Origin: Ginkgo biloba
Taxonomy: Eukaryota; Plantae; Ginkgophyta
Direction: 5' to 3'
Assembly (NCBI GenBank): GCA_024626585.2
Contig: JANKJI020000002.1
Span: 71,176,720-71,198,917 of the forward strand
DNA length: 22,198 nucleotides
Position 1 is the first letter of the stretch, and each line of letters starts with the position of its first letter. The translations under genes and the position numbers were made by a program. The notes below the pieces were generated by a model. The model saw only the letters and a list, made by a program, of their open reading frames with translations, had not been told where the DNA came from and did no database searches. This document shows, piece by piece, positions 21,401-22,198 of this stretch.

Positions 21401-22198
21401 CGGCTTCAATGTTGAGAGTGCACGGGCAAGATCTCTTCGACAGGAATGAAACTGTGTTACATATGATCATTATTGTCTCCAACCATGCTTCAAATCCCAG
21501 CCAAGTGAAGTGCTCATCCATTCTTTTACAGGTATGCATGGCCAATACCCCATGGGATCCGAAACTTCTACAGAATTAGTTTTGGCTCTTCTTCCATAGA
21601 AAACTTGTATTTGTGAGTGAATAGGGACAAGTAGAAGCATCAATGCTTGCTATCAAAAAAGTTCTGTTTGTTAGATTGTTTATTTATACTAATTTTGAAA
21701 TCTTTATTTTAGTAGGCCATTGATTTAAATCTCGATGAAGATACATTAATGAAGCTGGTTCCTTTCTACCGTTCTTCTCTAGCTGAATCGACCTCTCCAA
21801 GTCGAGAGATATATTTTGAACGCTTTGAAATCCACCCAATAAAGGTGTGTTATGTGTCTTCATGTTAAAGGTAACCTGGCAAGCAAAGCTTATGCATTTC
21901 TGTAATCATTGCCAATTTACCATGAACATCTATTTCTCCTTCATTAGGNNNNNNNNNNNNNNNNNNNNNNNNNNNNNNNNNNNNNCACCCATCTGCAAAA
22001 TATACATCAGCCCAGGAAACATTGCGGGCATTGTTGCATTCTGTGATAAAGGTAGAATGATAATGAATCAATACAAATGGTTCAGTAATTGGCATTTCTA
22101 GTCAAATACAATTGTCACATAAGCTTACCTTTTCAGGTACCCACTATACGAGGCACTGTTGTAGAGCTCAATGGAGTTCTTCTTTCGCATGCATTGGT
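2742..22198 (+). CDS. VPS13: Partial multi-exon gene for a VPS13-family lipid transfer protein (VPS13X/At3g50380-like); central region through VAB/SHR-binding region toward the C-terminal part; 5' and 3' ends outside the window
   Basis: A chain of exons with AG/GT boundaries and matching phases. Peptides include WSWSGPICSSSLGRFFLKIR, LPYRIDNSL, YVWDDL, REINLDK, GYEVYADGPTRVLR, IDLNLDEDTLMKLVPFYR, FERFEIHPIK and SAQETLRALLHSVIK, recognised from plant VPS13X-type proteins (recalled, no search run). Confidence 0.88.
3558..3667 (+). CDS. VPS13: VPS13-like exon (W-MEMVRPIEICIVYRAR...gap...FYSVLKK)
   Basis: Acceptor ttcacag|G completes TGG; donor AAG|gtaaag at 3667/3668. Internal N gap 3607-3646 has an inexact length. 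Confidence 0.8.
3821..3937 (+). CDS. VPS13: VPS13-like exon (VDLAVSEPSLDICLFLVGELNLAGPFAVKHSPVTANCCK); donor ambiguous
   Basis: Acceptor ttttctgtag|GTA (phase 0). The 3' end is either AAG|gaaagt (non-canonical, 3937) or T|gtaagg (3932). Confidence 0.82.
4921..5272 (+). mobile_element. Chromoviral Ty3/gypsy 3' end: integrase C-terminal GPY/F-SH3-like region, chromodomain and polypurine tract
   Basis: FILQKVNEVAHTLDLP..KIYPIFH..LLK, then EPIKILDTRVRRSRNRE...LLEW...EEATWE. PPT gaagagggtggggataga at 5255-5272 is followed directly by TGTTGTA. Confidence 0.88.
5273..6376 (+). mobile_element. Probable 3' LTR of the chromovirus (right end tentative)
   Basis: Starts TGTTGTA right after the PPT. Candidate end TACATCA (6370-6376) is a one-mismatch inverted copy of the start. 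Interrupted by N gap 6021-6125. Confidence 0.55.
6990..7884. repeat. Degenerate tandem array (about 87-90 bp subunits, core ttttgcaatgtcaca) with a higher-order duplication
   Basis: atgtcacaacc, atgtttcaacc and atgtcataacc at about 7568, 7658 and 7745. Identical 28-mer cttaagcaaactcctctaatgtgcattt at 7394-7421 and 7857-7884. Confidence 0.8.
8280..9651 (-). mobile_element. Possible solo LTR (about 1.4 kb) containing CATG-rich and AAAATAG-rich internal repeats
   Basis: Ends TGTTAAA (8280) and TATAACA (9651) form a TG..CA near-inverted pair. Non-coding with LTR-like composition. No convincing target-site duplication seen. Confidence 0.4.
8951..9231. repeat. CATGCA (RY-like) motif cluster
   Basis: About 15 CATGCA copies by manual count, 11 of them in 9125-9231. 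Confidence 0.9.
10592..10746 (+). CDS. VPS13: VPS13-like exon (HMSSRRDL...TISTSPVCISL...LRTQLVSSQ-G)
   Basis: Probable acceptor gaaag|G (phase 2); donor CAAG|gtacat (phase 1); in frame with ORF 10581-10802. Confidence 0.72.
10911..10966 (+). CDS. VPS13: VPS13-like 56-nt exon (G-KMTAPGPVVVVDVSKQTE)
   Basis: Acceptor tttgacag|GT and donor GAG|gtaatt; phase 1 to phase 0 fits both neighbours; PGPxVVVDVS motif. Confidence 0.85.
11085..11770. repeat. Degenerate array of ATGGTGGACCCATG / CATGGGTCCACCAT motifs in both orientations (about 40 bp spacing, about 196 bp higher-order unit)
   Basis: Hairpin atggtggac-ccatgtta-gtccaccat at 11251-11276, with related hairpins at about 11445 and 11582. Direct copies near 11135, 11297, 11530, 11658 and 11699. 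Confidence 0.85.
12110..12334 (+). CDS. VPS13: VPS13-like exon (DGLLIIVS...gap...LSLELRCRRPQQ...KKALSSFNV-G)
   Basis: Acceptor tgtctag|GAT; donor GTGG|gtaaga (phase 1); internal N gap 12134-12174. Confidence 0.85.
13759..14400 (+). mobile_element. Diverged LTR fragment related to the LTR starting at 5273 (boundaries approximate)
   Basis: 13963-13989 matches 5515-5541 at 21/27 nt. A collinear second anchor agatgactt..ggactg..ccatagg (14034 onward) matches agacgactt..ggactg..ccatagg (5585 onward). Candidate start TGTAGG at 13759. Confidence 0.6.
15170..15525 (-). mobile_element. Degenerate Ty3/gypsy gag remnant
   Basis: Minus strand reads KNVQILHYDGQAMESSF*SWVRATKKFISSFDILEELKAAMVTFSLKRLAKEW* and later KQTGIV*EYGNKL. 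This matches the retrotransposon Gag pattern (F/Y)DG...W...K.....L...A..WW plus the Q.G.V.EY major homology region. Confidence 0.7.
15978..16490 (+). mobile_element. Possible LINE (L1-type ORF2 C-terminal) remnant
   Basis: MVYWIWLVRNNSM resembles the W.IW..RN motif downstream of zf-RVT in plant LINEs; upstream SIPRLLYEW loosely resembles the zf-RVT end. Weak and degenerate. Confidence 0.4.
16860..17273 (+). CDS. VPS13: VPS13-like exon (G-NYLLCVRP...WSEDLKGEKAVRVSGLFDKLNYR...QEILILPTIRVSNSL...LSDD)
   Basis: Acceptor tttttccag|GA and donor G|gtatga; open in ORF 16817-17287. Confidence 0.9.
17397..17493 (+). CDS. VPS13: VPS13-like exon, 5' part (D-TNTMGISEHTGSRSIIQGGNRTYLYADLSKL), runs into N gap
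   Basis: Acceptor ttgtgtag|AT completes GAT (phase 1); open frame up to the gap at 17494-17992. Confidence 0.75.
17993..18062 (+). CDS. VPS13: VPS13-like exon, 3' part (VFCPLSVETYPLPSKTKISWLE-K); start hidden in gap
   Basis: Donor AA|gtaagc (phase 2) joins G at 18445 to give AAG; LPxKTxxSW pattern. Confidence 0.7.
18445..18706 (+). CDS. VPS13: VPS13-like exon (K-SDKILIRR...LDLDLISGFTEISLE...VPRYIVVNDS...QDGLQ)
   Basis: Acceptor ttaacag|G and donor CAG|gttggt; VPRYIVVN is typical of VPS13 VAB/SHR-BD repeats. Confidence 0.9.
18816..19247 (+). CDS. VPS13: VPS13-like exon (EDMDALIAL...WSWSGPICSSSLGRFFLK...LPYRIDNSL...FRQK)
   Basis: Tandem acceptor region GAG AAG GAG (start 18813, 18816 or 18819, all in frame); donor AAG|gtactt; WSGP and PYRIxN VAB motifs. 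Confidence 0.9.
19396..19492 (+). CDS. VPS13: VPS13-like exon (GLTEVEFLEPSSTVGYVWDDLRLSHKLLVGVA-G)
   Basis: Acceptor aaatag|GGG and donor GCAG|gtaatg; YxWD motif of the SHR-BD/VAB region. Confidence 0.88.
19611..19905 (+). CDS. VPS13: VPS13-like exon (G-TNLYREINLDKLSPWK...GYEVYADGPTRVLRVGEF...); 3' end anomalous
   Basis: Acceptor ttcctag|GC. The frame hits TAA at 19889-19891 without a convincing donor; the end coordinate is tentative (see findings). Confidence 0.75.
21042..21161 (+). CDS. VPS13: VPS13-like exon (KLEDSNDTFGYTPVIFARIGNL...QLKAK)
   Basis: Acceptor ctcacag|AAA and donor AAG|gtagtt; phase 0 to phase 0. Confidence 0.8.
21364..21531 (+). CDS. VPS13: VPS13-like exon (TLDMDQKWQGAPSASMLR...SSILLQ)
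   Basis: Acceptor gtggcag|ACA and donor CAG|gtatgc. Confidence 0.88.
21716..21844 (+). CDS. VPS13: VPS13-like exon (AIDLNLDEDTLMKLVPFYRSSL...IYFERFEIHPIK)
   Basis: Acceptor ttttagtag|GCC (distal AG of TAGTAG); donor AAG|gtgtgt; YFExFEIHPIK is characteristic of the VPS13 C-terminal region. Confidence 0.9.
21948..22051 (+). CDS. VPS13: VPS13-like exon (gap...HPSAKYTSAQETLRALLHSVIK)
   Basis: Acceptor ttcattag|G and donor AAG|gtagaa; N gap 21949-21985. Confidence 0.85.
22137..22198 (+). CDS. VPS13: VPS13-like exon truncated by window end (VPTIRGTVVELNGVLLSHAL)
   Basis: Acceptor ccttttcag|GTA; open to the end of the window. Confidence 0.85.

Noticed and set aside
3607-21985. Apparent frameshifts across N runs inside exons (3607-3646, 12134-12174, 21949-21985)
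   Set aside because: The gap lengths (40, 41 and 37 N) are not frame-compatible even though both flanks are clearly coding. The N counts are best read as estimates, not as evidence of pseudogenisation.

Overview
This is eukaryotic plant genomic DNA. The TE-filled introns, CpG depletion and LTR style suggest a large-genome land plant, possibly a gymnosperm (inference). The window is an internal segment of one + strand multi-exon gene encoding a VPS13-family bridge-like lipid transfer protein, most similar from memory to the plant VPS13X / At3g50380 type. Eighteen exon segments can be traced from 2742 to the window end with consistent splice phases. At least one more exon is probably hidden in an N gap, and both gene ends lie outside the window. 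The introns hold degraded Ty3/gypsy pieces (RT-integrase, chromodomain integrase + PPT + LTR, gag), probable solo LTRs, a possible LINE remnant and two structured tandem/palindromic repeat arrays. I see no evidence of a wholly new biological system. The most interesting signals are in splicing and gene integrity: a candidate non-canonical GA donor at 3938, a TAGTAG tandem acceptor whose proximal AG would insert an in-frame stop, and an exon with an apparent frameshift and no donor near 19860-19905. Homolog comparisons are recalled, not searched, and the many N gaps limit certainty.
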